A DNA stretch of 64,000 nt, from NCBI GenBank assembly GCA_048887225.1, contig JBHLJY010000010.1:23838-87837 (forward strand), written 5' to 3'. The DNA comes from Candidatus Hodarchaeota archaeon (GTDB taxonomy: Archaea > Asgardarchaeota > Lokiarchaeia > Sigyniarchaeales > SOKP01). The first letter of the stretch is position 1. Each line of letters begins with the position of its first letter. A program made the position numbers and the translations under genes. The notes under the pieces are model-generated. The model was not told the DNA's origin. It saw nothing but the letters and a program-made list of their open reading frames with translations, and did no database searches. This document shows, in pieces, positions 19,001 to 29,609 of this stretch.

Positions 19001-22000
19001 ATGGAAGAACCGACTGAAGATGATATAAATATTAAACTTGGTGGTATGACATGTGCCAACTGTGCCTTAAAAATAGAGAATAAGTTGAAAAATCTAGATG
19101 GAGTCAGTAGTGCTGTAGTAAATTTTGCTAACGAAGAAGCGACGGTTCAATATAATCCTAATATAACAGACTATAATGTTTTTAATAAAGCTATAAAAGA
19201 TTTAGGATATAAGGCCTCATTATCTAAAATTGATATTAAAGTTATTGATGAGCTTTCAGAAGAAAAATTTGAGAATTTATTAGAGAATGTAAAAAATATA
19301 AGTGGAATACATAATATAAGAGGTAATTATAGGGCGGGTAAACTTTTCATAGAATTTAACGAGCTAAAGATTGATGAAAATGGCGTATATTCAAAAATAA
19401 AACAATTCGGATATAAAATTGAGAAATCTGCTGGTGCTATGGATAAAGAGATCGAAAAGCATAAAAAAGAATTAAAATATCGACGACGAATTTTTATAAC
19501 TTCTTTAATTTTTTCGCTAATAATTACGCCTATAAGTTGGTTTATAGTAGAATCATTCGAAAGAAACTTAATCTTATTCTTTTTAGCCACAATAAATTAT
19601 GCTATATCAGGATCGTTTTTTTTAAAAGGTGCGTATAAGTCTTTAAAAAATAAATCTACCAACATGGATGTACTAGTAGCGTTAGGAACTACAACAGCGC
19701 TTGTTTACTCGATATTAACGACTTTTTTTATATCTGGAAGAACATTTTATGAAGCCATGAGTATGATTCTTACTTTCTTATTGATAGGAAAATACCTTGA
19801 ACACAAAACTAAAGGCCAAACATCTGAAGCTATTAAGAAATTAATCGGTTTACAACCGAAATCCGCAACAATCTTAAAAGATGGTCAGGAAATAGAGATC
19901 CCTCTTGAAGAGATTGAAATAGGAGATATTTTAGTGGTACGACCTGGTGAAAAAATCCCTGTTGATGGTATAGTAATTCAAGGTAAAACTAAAGTAGATG
20001 AGTCAATGATAACAGGTGAAAGCAAATACGTTAAAAAGGAAGTTGATAGCGAAGTAATTGGTGCGACAGTAAACCAAACTGGTTTAATTCATATGAGAAC
20101 CGAGAAAATTGGAAAAGATACATTATTATCTCAAATCATTGATTTTGTAAAGCAAGCTCAAAGTAGGAAAGCTGCAAAGCAACAATTAGCCGATAAAGTC
20201 AGTAATTATTTCGTACCTCTTGTTATTATAATTGCTATAGGATCGTTTTTATATTGGTATTTTATTGGATCTCTTATGTACCCAGAACTTCAAAGTTCAA
20301 GACTCGAAACAGCTTTATTAGTATTTACTTCCGTAGTAGTTATTGCCTGTCCATGTGCTTTAGGATTGGCTATACCGACAGCTGTGATGGTTGGAACGGG
20401 GAAAGGTGCTGAAAATGGGCTCTTAATAAAGGGAGGCGATTCCTTAGAATCTATAAATAACGTAAATACCATTGTATTTGATAAGACTGGAACATTAACT
20501 GTTGGAAAACCAAAAGTTTCTGTGATCTTTGCTGAAAAAGATTTGAAAGGTCAAGGCTATGATACAAAAAAATTATTATATTATGCTGGAAGTGCTGAAA
20601 TGGGATCAGAACATCCGCTCAGTTTGGCTATAATTGAAGAAGCTAACCAACAAGGACTTTCGCTCGAAACTCCTTCAGAATTTGATGCTATTCCAGGTAA
20701 AGGAATCTCAACAAAAATAGATGGTAAAATTCTACTAATTGGAAATGAAAGACTAATGTTAGATAAAAATATCCCAGTAAATGGTTATTCGAATAAATTT
20801 AATGAGTTTCAGCAGCAAGGAATAACTTCAATTTTAGTCAGTATTGATAATGAAGTGAAGGGGATTATAGGTATTTCAGATAAAATTAAAGATCAAGCAC
20901 CTTACGCTTTAGATCAATTACGAGGAATGGGGCTAGATATTTATATGCTTACAGGGGATAATAAACAAACCGCACTAACTATAGGAAAAGAATTAAAAAT
21001 TGACGAAAAACATATTTTAGCAGAGGTCTTACCAAACGAAAAAGCTCTTACAATTAAAGAACTTCAAGATTCTGATGAAAATATAAGAGTAGGCATGGTT
21101 GGTGATGGAATAAACGACGCACCTGCTTTAGCCCAAGCTGATGTAGGTATAGCTGTAGGCTCAGGTACAGATGTCGCTATTGAAACAGCAGATATAGTAT
21201 TAATGAGGGGTGATCTAAGAAATGTCGTTTCTGCGATTAAATTATCTAAAAAAACCTATAAAAAGATGATAACAAATCTATTTTGGGCTTTCATCTATAA
21301 TATCATTGGAATTCCACTCGCCGCAGGATTATTATATAGCTTAACAGGATATTTCTTGCCTCCATATCTTGCAGCAGTATTTATGGCTACAAGTTCAGTT
21401 TCGGTCGTTTCCAATGCGTTGTTTTTAAAAAGATTTGAACCAAAAACTGAGCAGCAAATTGAAGAAGAAAGATTATTACTTGAGGAAAAAGTAATTGATC
21501 CGATATGTGGAATGGAAATAATACCTAGTCAATCAATTGAGTATAAATTTAAAGGTGAAAAATATTATTTTTGCAGTTCATCGTGCGAAATTGAATTTAA
21601 ACAGAATCCTGGAAAATATAAAGACTTTGACAATATTGATCCTAAACTTATGCATGTGATAAAAGAAGATTTAGACGAGGGAGAATTAGTAATTGATCCT
21701 GTGTGTGGAATGAAAGGAAAGCCAGAAGACTGGATTGAACACGAACACATAGGAGAAAAATATTATTTCTGTAATCCATCTTGTCTACAAAAATTTAAAG
21801 AAACTCCTGAAAAATTTATAAAAAAGAAAGAAAATAATGAATTAAAAGAAAAAACTAAAATTGAGGATGATAAGAAAATGGGAAATTTAGAATGTACTAA
21901 TTGTAGCGTTAAATTGGAACTTCCTCAACATTGTGGGAAGCCTATGCATAAAGAAGGTGACCAACTTGTGTGTTGGATGGGACCCGAATGTGGTTCTCAA

Positions 22001-22045
22001 CCCATCCCTGAACACTGTGGAGCGCCTATGGATGTTAAAGAATAA
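19001..22045 (+). CDS. copA: Cu(I)-translocating P1B-type ATPase with two C-terminal YHS/TRASH domains and a Cys/His tail
   Basis: [37 protein letters not shown]/MxxSS Cu(I) signatures; DPxCGM...YYFC x2. Confidence 0.95.
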   Translation: MEEPTEDDINIKLGGMTCANCALKIENKLKNLDGVSSAVVNFANEEATVQYNPNITDYNVFNKAIKDLGYKASLSKIDIKVIDELSEEKFENLLENVKNISGIHNIRGNYRAGKLFIEFNELKIDENGVYSKIKQFGYKIEKSAGAMDKEIEKHKKELKYRRRIFITSLIFSLIITPISWFIVESFERNLILFFLATINYAISGSFFLKGAYKSLKNKSTNMDVLVALGTTTALVYSILTTFFISGRTFYEAMSMILTFLLIGKYLEHKTKGQTSEAIKKLIGLQPKSATILKDGQEIEIPLEEIEIGDILVVRPGEKIPVDGIVIQGKTKVDESMITGESKYVKKEVDSEVIGATVNQTGLIHMRTEKIGKDTLLSQIIDFVKQAQSRKAAKQQLADKVSNYFVPLVIIIAIGSFLYWYFIGSLMYPELQSSRLETALLVFTSVVVIACPCALGLAIPTAVMVGTGKGAENGLLIKGGDSLESINNVNTIVFDKTGTLTVGKPKVSVIFAEKDLKGQGYDTKKLLYYAGSAEMGSEHPLSLAIIEEANQQGLSLETPSEFDAIPGKGISTKIDGKILLIGNERLMLDKNIPVNGYSNKFNEFQQQGITSILVSIDNEVKGIIGISDKIKDQAPYALDQLRGMGLDIYMLTGDNKQTALTIGKELKIDEKHILAEVLPNEKALTIKELQDSDENIRVGMVGDGINDAPALAQADVGIAVGSGTDVAIETADIVLMRGDLRNVVSAIKLSKKTYKKMITNLFWAFIYNIIGIPLAAGLLYSLTGYFLPPYLAAVFMATSSVSVVSNALFLKRFEPKTEQQIEEERLLLEEKVIDPICGMEIIPSQSIEYKFKGEKYYFCSSSCEIEFKQNPGKYKDFDNIDPKLMHVIKEDLDEGELVIDPVCGMKGKPEDWIEHEHIGEKYYFCNPSCLQKFKETPEKFIKKKENNELKEKTKIEDDKKMGNLECTNCSVKLELPQHCGKPMHKEGDQLVCWMGPECGSQPIPEHCGAPMDVKE

Positions 22046-22198
22046 AATATGTATTATTTTTAGAATATATATAATATATATTTTTAACATCTAAATCAAG
22101 CTTTAACAGATTATTTTATAATTTATAACTAAAATTATTAATAGATTTAAAAGTTTCTTTACATTGATAAGGAATTAAGATAAATGAGATGATAATAA

Positions 22199-23194
22199 AT
22201 GAGATACTACCATGATATTTTAAAGCTAGTTGGTAACACACCTTTAGTTCGTATTAACAAAATTAATCCTAATAAAAATGTTCTCATGCTGGCCAAATTA
22301 GAGAAATCAAATCCAGCTGGTTCTGTTAAAGATAGAATTGCCGTAAGTATGATTGAAGTAGCTGAAACCGAGGGCATTTTAACTAAAGATAAAATTATTA
22401 TTGAACCTAGTTCTGGGAACACTGGTATTGGTTTAGCAATAGTTTGTGCTGTCAAAGATTATAATCTAGAAATCGTTATGCCAGAGAATATGTCTCTTGA
22501 GCGTAGGAAAGTTATGACAGCGTACGGGGCTAAAATTACATTGACTCCTGGAGATAAAGGTATGAATGGTGCTGAAGATTATGTGAAAAAAGTAGTCAAA
22601 AAAAATCCAGAAAAATATTTTTATCCTAATCAATTCGCAAATGAGAATAATCCTCTTGCGCATTATAGATATACAGCTGAAGAAATTTTAGAGGATACTG
22701 ATGGTGAAATTGATTACTTCATCGCTGGATTAGGAACTTCTGGCACTTTAATGGGTGTTTCAAAAAGATTAAAGGAACACAATCCAAATATAAAAATAAT
22801 CGCAGTTGAGCCCGTTGCTGGTGCTCCTATTCAAGGTTTAAAGAGTTTAGAAACATCATATGTTCCAGAAATTTACGATGATTCAAGAATAGATGAAAAA
22901 ATATACGTCGCAATGGAGGATGCGGAACATGCTTCACGAATGTTATCACTTCAAGAAGGGATCTTTACCGGTATTAGTTCAGGAGCTGCAATGCATGTAG
23001 CTATTCAGATTGCCATAGGGATGGAATCTGGGACTTTAGTTGTTTTGCTTCCTGATGGTGGTGAAAAGTATATCTCTCACCCTATATATATGCCCGAGAA
23101 ATGCTTGCAATGTGTGAAGAAATGTAAAATATCTACATTATGGGACGAAGATTACATAAAATCTATTTCTGAATGGTGGACTGATACCCCATAA
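22199..23194 (+). CDS. PLP-dependent cysteine synthase (CysK/CysM family)
   Basis: NPAGSVKDR, SSGNTG, GTSGT, PDGGEKY. Confidence 0.93.
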   Translation: MRYYHDILKLVGNTPLVRINKINPNKNVLMLAKLEKSNPAGSVKDRIAVSMIEVAETEGILTKDKIIIEPSSGNTGIGLAIVCAVKDYNLEIVMPENMSLERRKVMTAYGAKITLTPGDKGMNGAEDYVKKVVKKNPEKYFYPNQFANENNPLAHYRYTAEEILEDTDGEIDYFIAGLGTSGTLMGVSKRLKEHNPNIKIIAVEPVAGAPIQGLKSLETSYVPEIYDDSRIDEKIYVAMEDAEHASRMLSLQEGIFTGISSGAAMHVAIQIAIGMESGTLVVLLPDGGEKYISHPIYMPEKCLQCVKKCKISTLWDEDYIKSISEWWTDTP

Positions 23195-23304
23195 ATTATA
23201 TGTCTAAATAAAATATTATTTTTTAATTTTATAAAATTCAAATAAAAATTTTTAAAAAGTTACTAAAATAAGATTTAAATATATATAAGATAATCTAAAA
23301 AATT

Positions 23305-23583
23305 ATGAAGTCAGAAAAAGAAATCGATAAAGATCATCTTTTAGATTACATAAAAAAAGCAATTAAATTGCTGTGTGAAAAGAATATCTCTGACCTTGTC
23401 ATTTTATCATCTTATAAGATAAATTCTGTATTAAAGGAGAATTACGGTATTGACATAAAAGTCGATAAAATTGGGAGAATCTTAAGTAATATAGCTAAAC
23501 GTAATCAACTAAAAAGACTCAATACTAATATTCCTAAATATAAATTAAAAATATCTAATTTCTCCAGTTTAAAATTCTTCTAA
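23305..23583 (+). CDS. Small hypothetical protein (possible wHTH)
   Basis: 92-aa basic ORF in an intergenic gap, normal codon style. Confidence 0.55.
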   Translation: MKSEKEIDKDHLLDYIKKAIKLLCEKNISDLVILSSYKINSVLKENYGIDIKVDKIGRILSNIAKRNQLKRLNTNIPKYKLKISNFSSLKFF

Positions 23584-23655
23584 AATGCTTTACTCTTTAT
23601 ATATTGGCTTATAAAACTAATAGAAAAATATTTTAAAAAAATTCGAATCTATCTA

Positions 23656-24981
23656 CTATTTCGTTATATAATTGATAATTTTTTGTAATTTTTGAGAGGC
23701 TTTACTCATTTGTAAATAAAGTTCATTAATACTATTTAATTCTGTATTCAATTTTTCAATATCATTTGCAAAATTCTGTTCCAAGGAAGAGAGATCTGCT
23801 GATACAATATTCTCTATCTCGTTAGAGAAATTCTCTAACTCATTTGAGATTGTCGAGATTTTTTCTATAGTGTTGTTTATCTTTTCTTCTAATTTGAATG
23901 TTATATTGTTAGTATTATTAATTTCTTCTGTAATTCCTTTAATATTATTTTCAATTTTATTTAAGATATTATTAGAATTAATTTCCACAAGATTTATTAA
24001 ATCATTTGAAATTTCGTCTTTAGATATAGAAAATTGGGTTTTTAAGTCCTTTTGAGCGTCAATTCGAGGATCTACATATTTAGCTATATTTTCTTTAAAG
24101 TTGTTTGAAATTTCATCTAAATTTCTTTTAAACCAAGTTTCCACTTTAGACATTCCATTAGAGATTTTATTTTTCATAATACTTGTTGCATTTCTTATAA
24201 GTTTCGAACCGATCAATGATCCTTCTTTAATATCTTTAGTCCAATTACCTAATTGAGATTTAAAGTTGTCCATAAATATATCTGCGAATTTTGAAGCCCC
24301 TTCTTGAAATCCTGAAATTATTGGCTCAACTTCAAGCAAAGTTTCTTCTGGTGCAGGGATCTCTTGAAGTTCACTCGGAGTTGGTTCTGTTAATTCATTG
24401 ATTTCTTTGATTAAGATTGGGGCTTTCTTTTGGGTGTCTTCTACAAATTTTTGAACCCATTTAAAGTACTCAAGAGTATTTGGCAATTCTAACTCGTACA
24501 CAACTTTATGATATTCAGTATTTTTTTCATCTGAATAATCATTTAATCTAAATATTTCAAAACCTAATTTTCCCTCTTTACCCATTAAAGTATGGTCGAA
24601 AACTATATAAAAACCATAAGGTTTATTAACATTCTGGAAAAAATGGTGATTTTTAATCGCCGAGTCACTGAAAAACAAAGACCAACCTGGATGTGATGAG
24701 TACCAACCTACGATATTCATATTGTGGCTAGCATATTTATTTTCAATTTGAGTAAATGTATTATAATCTTCTGAGGTTAAACCTAAGGAAACCTCTTTCC
24801 CATGAGTTATAGGTATGGCATTAATAAGATCTATATCTTTATCGTTTAATTTACCAATACAAATTCCCATTACTTCAACACTTTCATCTAGAGCATCGTT
24901 CCCAAATCTTAAAACATGTGTAATCATGTTTCTAAACGCTTCCCTTTTAATATATACTTTCCCGTCTTTTATATTTATCAC
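23656..24981 (-). CDS. MPN domain + long coiled coil, JAMM motif degenerate (MPN-)
   Basis: EVMG...GWYSSHPGWSLFFSDSA: the first His and the Asp of HxH-x7-S-x2-D are lost. Confidence 0.85.
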   Translation of the reverse strand: MINIKDGKVYIKREAFRNMITHVLRFGNDALDESVEVMGICIGKLNDKDIDLINAIPITHGKEVSLGLTSEDYNTFTQIENKYASHNMNIVGWYSSHPGWSLFFSDSAIKNHHFFQNVNKPYGFYIVFDHTLMGKEGKLGFEIFRLNDYSDEKNTEYHKVVYELELPNTLEYFKWVQKFVEDTQKKAPILIKEINELTEPTPSELQEIPAPEETLLEVEPIISGFQEGASKFADIFMDNFKSQLGNWTKDIKEGSLIGSKLIRNATSIMKNKISNGMSKVETWFKRNLDEISNNFKENIAKYVDPRIDAQKDLKTQFSISKDEISNDLINLVEINSNNILNKIENNIKGITEEINNTNNITFKLEEKINNTIEKISTISNELENFSNEIENIVSADLSSLEQNFANDIEKLNTELNSINELYLQMSKASQKLQKIINYITK

Positions 24982-25148
24982 CTTTTTTTAAATTGGAATA
25001 TGATAGTATTCAAATCCTTTAAGAAGGAATAGGTTATTCAAATTTTTACTTATATCCTTTTTATTTAAAATATTAGTATTAAATAAGAAATTTAAATATA
25101 AAACATTTAATCTAAAATGAATAGTAAATATAAAAAAAAACTCTTCTA

Positions 25149-25673
25149 TTAGTACCAATAATCTAAAAGTTGATGATCCAGTGCGGTTTTGAGGTCATCC
25201 ACTAAATCAGACCAATCAAGCCGAGGAAATTCCATATCTAATTCTATACCATACTTTTCCTTAACTTCTTTTTTTAATGCTCTGATAATAAATTTCTGAT
25301 AATCATTAAAACTACGTTTATACGTCTCAAGAACGATATGAATATCAATAAAACCCTCTTCATACAAAATCTTTTTTAGTTTGTCATATATATATATACG
25401 TTCATTGTAAAATCTATGACGTTTATTAATATTATGAAGCTCCCAAACTTCTACAGAAAATAAAACTGGTGTTTCTATGCCTTCTAGTCTAATTTCTTCA
25501 GCTAGAATATCTATAGATGAATGACCATAATCGGATTCTCCGATATTATGCTTATTCATAAAATCGCGCACCCGCTTATTTTTGATTATGTTATCGTACT
25601 TTAACTTGTTAATTTTATTTAAATATACTTGTTCAGTACCAAATTTGTCAGTATGAAACATTTTATTTAACAT
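25149..25673 (-). CDS. Hypothetical protein
   Basis: 174-aa ORF, no recognised motif. Confidence 0.6.
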   Translation of the reverse strand: MLNKMFHTDKFGTEQVYLNKINKLKYDNIIKNKRVRDFMNKHNIGESDYGHSSIDILAEEIRLEGIETPVLFSVEVWELHNINKRHRFYNERIYIYDKLKKILYEEGFIDIHIVLETYKRSFNDYQKFIIRALKKEVKEKYGIELDMEFPRLDWSDLVDDLKTALDHQLLDYWY

Positions 25674-25941
25674 AAATCGAATTGCTCGTTCATGAGTGAT
25701 ACTTCCGTTTGAGCATTTTCTGCAATAAAATTAATCCTATAATTAATTCTCTTTTTTTTCATTTCTATCTTATCTCTTGAACTAAATATATGATTCAACC
25801 TAAGACTAAATTGAAAAAAAAGAAAAAAAAGTTATATTGTTACTCTTTAAAAATTGCTTTTCGCTTCATAAATGCAATTAAAGAGAGTATGGCAATAAAC
25901 GCAAATAGCAGATTGTATATTTTAAGAAAGAGAATTACTCA

Positions 25942-27204
25942 TCAATTTTTAAACTCAGAGTCTGGAGGTATATCACAATCAACAAAAGCGTAGGCAAAGA
26001 TTTTTGAGTTCTTTCCAATTTTCACTCCTGGCAATAATTTTGCACCAGATTCAATAATTACGTTTTTTCCAATTTCTACATTCCCAGTTCTAAAATTAGA
26101 GACAGTTCCCTCATGAGTAAGGATCGTTGCACCGCTTTTTATTACAACACCCTCTTCAATTGTAATTTTTTCAGGATAATATGTGTCAAAGTGAACGTTA
26201 TCTTCGATTTTAACACTTTTTCCTATTTTAACTCCCGCTTTTCTTAAAAGTGTTTGTCTAAAACTCTGACTTACTAATGGCGATTTTTGCCATTCGATAT
26301 ACATATTATTAAACATTGTCTTGAAATGGTCACCTTTCGGAAATATCAATTTGCTCATATAATCATGTAGCGTAAAATCTAAGCTTTCAACTCTTCTTTT
26401 TGGTAATTTTCTATTTGCATTTTTTTCAATCTTAATGGAGCCATCAATTCCCTTCGCCATTGTATTTTCTTTTAAATCCGATGTTAAAAAACCCGGAGTT
26501 AAAATAGAATTATCTCCCATTTGAGTGCCAGGTAAGACAATAGAACCAAAACCAATAAGACAATTCTTTCCAATTTTAACTTCACCAACGTATAATTCCC
26601 CATCAATACATTCATGACAAAAAATTGAGGCACCCATTCCCATAACCACATTATCACCAATGTCAACTAACTCTGGAAAATAAGGATCTACAACATTGCT
26701 AGATGAAAGATAAACTTTTGAACCCAATTTTGCTCCCATACTTTTTAAATGATGAGCTTTGATTTCTGGGAGCCCAACATACGAACTTATAATATTAAGG
26801 GCATCCTTTATTCTCCACATACTAATTTTCTCAGTCTTTTTATTATTATACTCTTTTAATTCTTCTGTAGTTGCTGGTCGAATTCTTCTTCCATTTTCAC
26901 CATCACGGCTAAGAATTGAATTTTTATATAACTTTTCAATCAATTCTGCATGTATTTCTTTAATGTAGGTTTTATCGTCTAAATTTCGTGGAAATTCACT
27001 TTCTTCTTCAGGATCAATCAATAATGGGTTATAAAATTCCATATTTTTGATTAATGGATACATTTCCACAAGTTTTTTTAAACTAGGCGGGATCACTTTA
27101 TCCACTTTTTTCTTCCATTGTCTTTGACGTCGTTCTTGTTCTTCTTTCCATTGTTGAAACTTTTTTTGTTGATCTTTGAACCAATCTTCAATTTTATTGA
27201 ACAT
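25942..27204 (-). CDS. Acyltransferase-like protein with two left-handed beta-helix (hexapeptide) domains
   Basis: GAKLGSKV..DPYFPE..IGDNV...IFCHE and GVKIGKSV..DTYYPE..IEEGV...ILTHE. Confidence 0.85.
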   Translation of the reverse strand: MFNKIEDWFKDQQKKFQQWKEEQERRQRQWKKKVDKVIPPSLKKLVEMYPLIKNMEFYNPLLIDPEEESEFPRNLDDKTYIKEIHAELIEKLYKNSILSRDGENGRRIRPATTEELKEYNNKKTEKISMWRIKDALNIISSYVGLPEIKAHHLKSMGAKLGSKVYLSSSNVVDPYFPELVDIGDNVVMGMGASIFCHECIDGELYVGEVKIGKNCLIGFGSIVLPGTQMGDNSILTPGFLTSDLKENTMAKGIDGSIKIEKNANRKLPKRRVESLDFTLHDYMSKLIFPKGDHFKTMFNNMYIEWQKSPLVSQSFRQTLLRKAGVKIGKSVKIEDNVHFDTYYPEKITIEEGVVIKSGATILTHEGTVSNFRTGNVEIGKNVIIESGAKLLPGVKIGKNSKIFAYAFVDCDIPPDSEFKN

Positions 27205-27387
27205 TTTAAAAAGTATATTCCCTCATTTTTAATCTATATTCTATAATATCAAATAATTTTTAAATAGTGAAATTAAAAGTTAGCGAAATAATAAAAAAAT
27301 ACGGAAATAAAAAATATAAAATAGAAAACTATACTAAAAACAAAAAAAAGGAAATTTAATAGTTTAATTTAAATCTTTACTTAGAAT

Positions 27388-27507
27388 TTAGACCACTATT
27401 CCATATGCTACTCCTAATACGGTGATTACTATAACTACTGTGAGAATTAGAAAGAGAATTATCCAGATAATAAACAGTATTATTATTAAAGCGAGAAGAT
27501 TAAACAT
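27388..27507 (-). CDS. 39-aa hydrophobic microprotein (not in ORF track)
   Basis: Own translation MFNLLALIIILFIIWIILFLILTVVIVITVLGVAYGIVV*. Confidence 0.45.
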   Translation of the reverse strand: MFNLLALIIILFIIWIILFLILTVVIVITVLGVAYGIVV

Positions 27508-27583
27508 TTATTGATAAAATTAAATAATCCTTAAACTAATATGATAATTAATTCAAATTAAGAAGTAAGTGAAAATAGAAAAA

Positions 27584-27802
27584 ATGCAATATTGTATAAA
27601 TTGTGGAGAAGTAATTTCGGAACATCAATTTGATAATTTTAACGGGATGTGTTCTGCTTGTATTCGCCTGAATTTAAGCCGAAAAAGGTCGCTCTCAGAT
27701 AATATGTCGGTGTCTAAATTTCTTTTAATTGTCTCAATTGTAATTCTTTTATTAGTTATATCAGGAATTATTATAGGCATTCTTTTTGTTCTCATGTCCT
27801 AA
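27584..27802 (+). CDS. Small zinc-finger protein with C-terminal TM anchor
   Basis: CINCG...CSAC then a hydrophobic C-terminal helix; ATG at 27584. Confidence 0.7.
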   Translation: MQYCINCGEVISEHQFDNFNGMCSACIRLNLSRKRSLSDNMSVSKFLLIVSIVILLLVISGIIIGILFVLMS

Positions 27803-27872
27803 TAATTCAATCAATTCAAGAATCTCTAAAAAGTTATATGATCATATTAGATTTATAATTTTTTTAGATAGA

Positions 27873-28766
27873 TTACTCAATTAATAGTTCTTTGATTTTC
27901 TTTCTTGAATTTTCTATATCCAATAGAGCAGAAGAATTAGTAATGCTCAAAAGATCTGCCCAAATATTTAACTCTTGAGAATTATATTCTGAGATCTCTT
28001 TAGTCTCCCTTAAATCCTTATAATAGGGCTCCATTTTTTTTACTTGGAATTGATTAGCTCCACCATTCTTTCTCAAATTATTATAGCCTTCGATAGAAAT
28101 TCCCGATTTATGTTTTTTATAATCATTTATTACAAAATAATTATTCCATAATTTATTATCAATAGGCGGGACAACTAAGATTGGAATATTTCTATTTAAT
28201 TTTCCATGAAGATTATCTCTTAGATAGTCTCCTACTGAAGCTTCAAAACCAAATATAGATATAAAGATAATTTGTGGGATTATCTTAGAATACTGTTTAA
28301 GCTCTTTTTTATGCAGTAATTGAGTAAATTTCTTCACTTCACCAGTTAATTTAAGCATCTGAATTAATTTTAATGGTTGTATTTTCTTATTTGTAAAAAT
28401 AAAGGTAATTTTTAGATTACTATTTTCTTTTTCGACCTCATCAGAATATTGATCTTCGATTCTAATTTTATCATTTAGTTTTTCAAAATAATTTCTTGAA
28501 CTCTTAGAAATAGAATTAGAAATCTGTTCTTCAACTTCGTTTATAATTAAATCAGCAATTCGTTGCTGAAATGCATTATTAAATGCAAAATTGTGATTTC
28601 TAAATATCCTTATAGAATTATTTTTTGAGATAATAATTTTACTCTCGATTAAATCTATGTAAGGGCTATATATTTTCTGCCATATCTCCCCTGAACCGTC
28701 CATTTCTAATAATGAGAAAGGATAATTTCTCAAAATATTAGATTTACTTTCTGTATGTATTGTCAT
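27873..28766 (-). CDS. Hypothetical protein, possibly a degenerate PD-(D/E)xK/Mrr-like fold
   Basis: 297-aa ORF; IFISIFGF resembles the restriction-endonuclease-fold C-terminal motif (weak). Confidence 0.55.
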   Translation of the reverse strand: MTIHTESKSNILRNYPFSLLEMDGSGEIWQKIYSPYIDLIESKIIISKNNSIRIFRNHNFAFNNAFQQRIADLIINEVEEQISNSISKSSRNYFEKLNDKIRIEDQYSDEVEKENSNLKITFIFTNKKIQPLKLIQMLKLTGEVKKFTQLLHKKELKQYSKIIPQIIFISIFGFEASVGDYLRDNLHGKLNRNIPILVVPPIDNKLWNNYFVINDYKKHKSGISIEGYNNLRKNGGANQFQVKKMEPYYKDLRETKEISEYNSQELNIWADLLSITNSSALLDIENSRKKIKELLIE

Positions 28767-28858
28767 TTGTTTTACACATCTTTTTAAATTTTAGAATGTT
28801 TTTTTCTGGTTAAACAAATCTAAATTATTTTTGGATTTAATTCTTTAATCAATCCTTC

Positions 28859-29101
28859 TTAACCATAATTAACAATATATATAGAATTTGTTAAATTAAA
28901 TTTTTCAATTCTAATATTGTTTATTGATCCTTCCTTCCTTGAATCTTGGAGTGGTGTTTTGATAACAAATTTTATATCGTTTAAATATAAGTTATCATAA
29001 AAAATTCCATTATTCTTATTAAAATCAACAAATTTACTTAAATGGTTCTCTAAAATTCTCAAACTTCTCTTCTCATTATTTTGGTTAAATCTACTACACA
29101 T
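28859..29101 (-). CDS. Small hypothetical protein
   Basis: 80-aa ORF co-oriented with 27873..28766. Confidence 0.4.
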   Translation of the reverse strand: MCSRFNQNNEKRSLRILENHLSKFVDFNKNNGIFYDNLYLNDIKFVIKTPLQDSRKEGSINNIRIEKFNLTNSIYIVNYG

Positions 29102-29609
29102 TGTTTTATTTATATTCCTTGAAACACCAATAAATTAAATCTCATAATATCTTAAATTTCAAATGACTACTGTCAAAAAAGCCATAAGATATTTGTCACT
29201 TTCATTGTCGAAATAATTAAGAACGACAATGCTACAAGAGATTCGATTTAAGAAAAAATCTTAAACTTAAAAATTTTAAGGATCTCAAATTTTTTTTGTG
29301 TCTGTATTAATAGTAGTAATAATGATATTTATAATTAACGCTAAATAGTTCTAATTTATTAAAACTCAGCAGACCTAAATTTTTTTTTATTAAAATTTAA
29401 AAGCTGAAATTTTTTTAAGTTTAACCTCTCAAAATCCCCATCTTTAAATAATATCTCTATTTTCTTACTTAGATTTATAGTCTGGAATAATATCTAAAAG
29501 AAAAGATCCCCAAGATTCTGTAAATCAAATCATATTATAATTTATAATAAGTAAAACTTATACCATTGAAATTTTATTTTATTATTGAAAAAGAAATAAA
29601 ATCTAGACT

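Noticed and set aside
25790-25993. 67-aa plus-strand ORF with a poly-Lys start
   Set aside because: Derived from A-tracts, overlaps the convergent gene end, no motif
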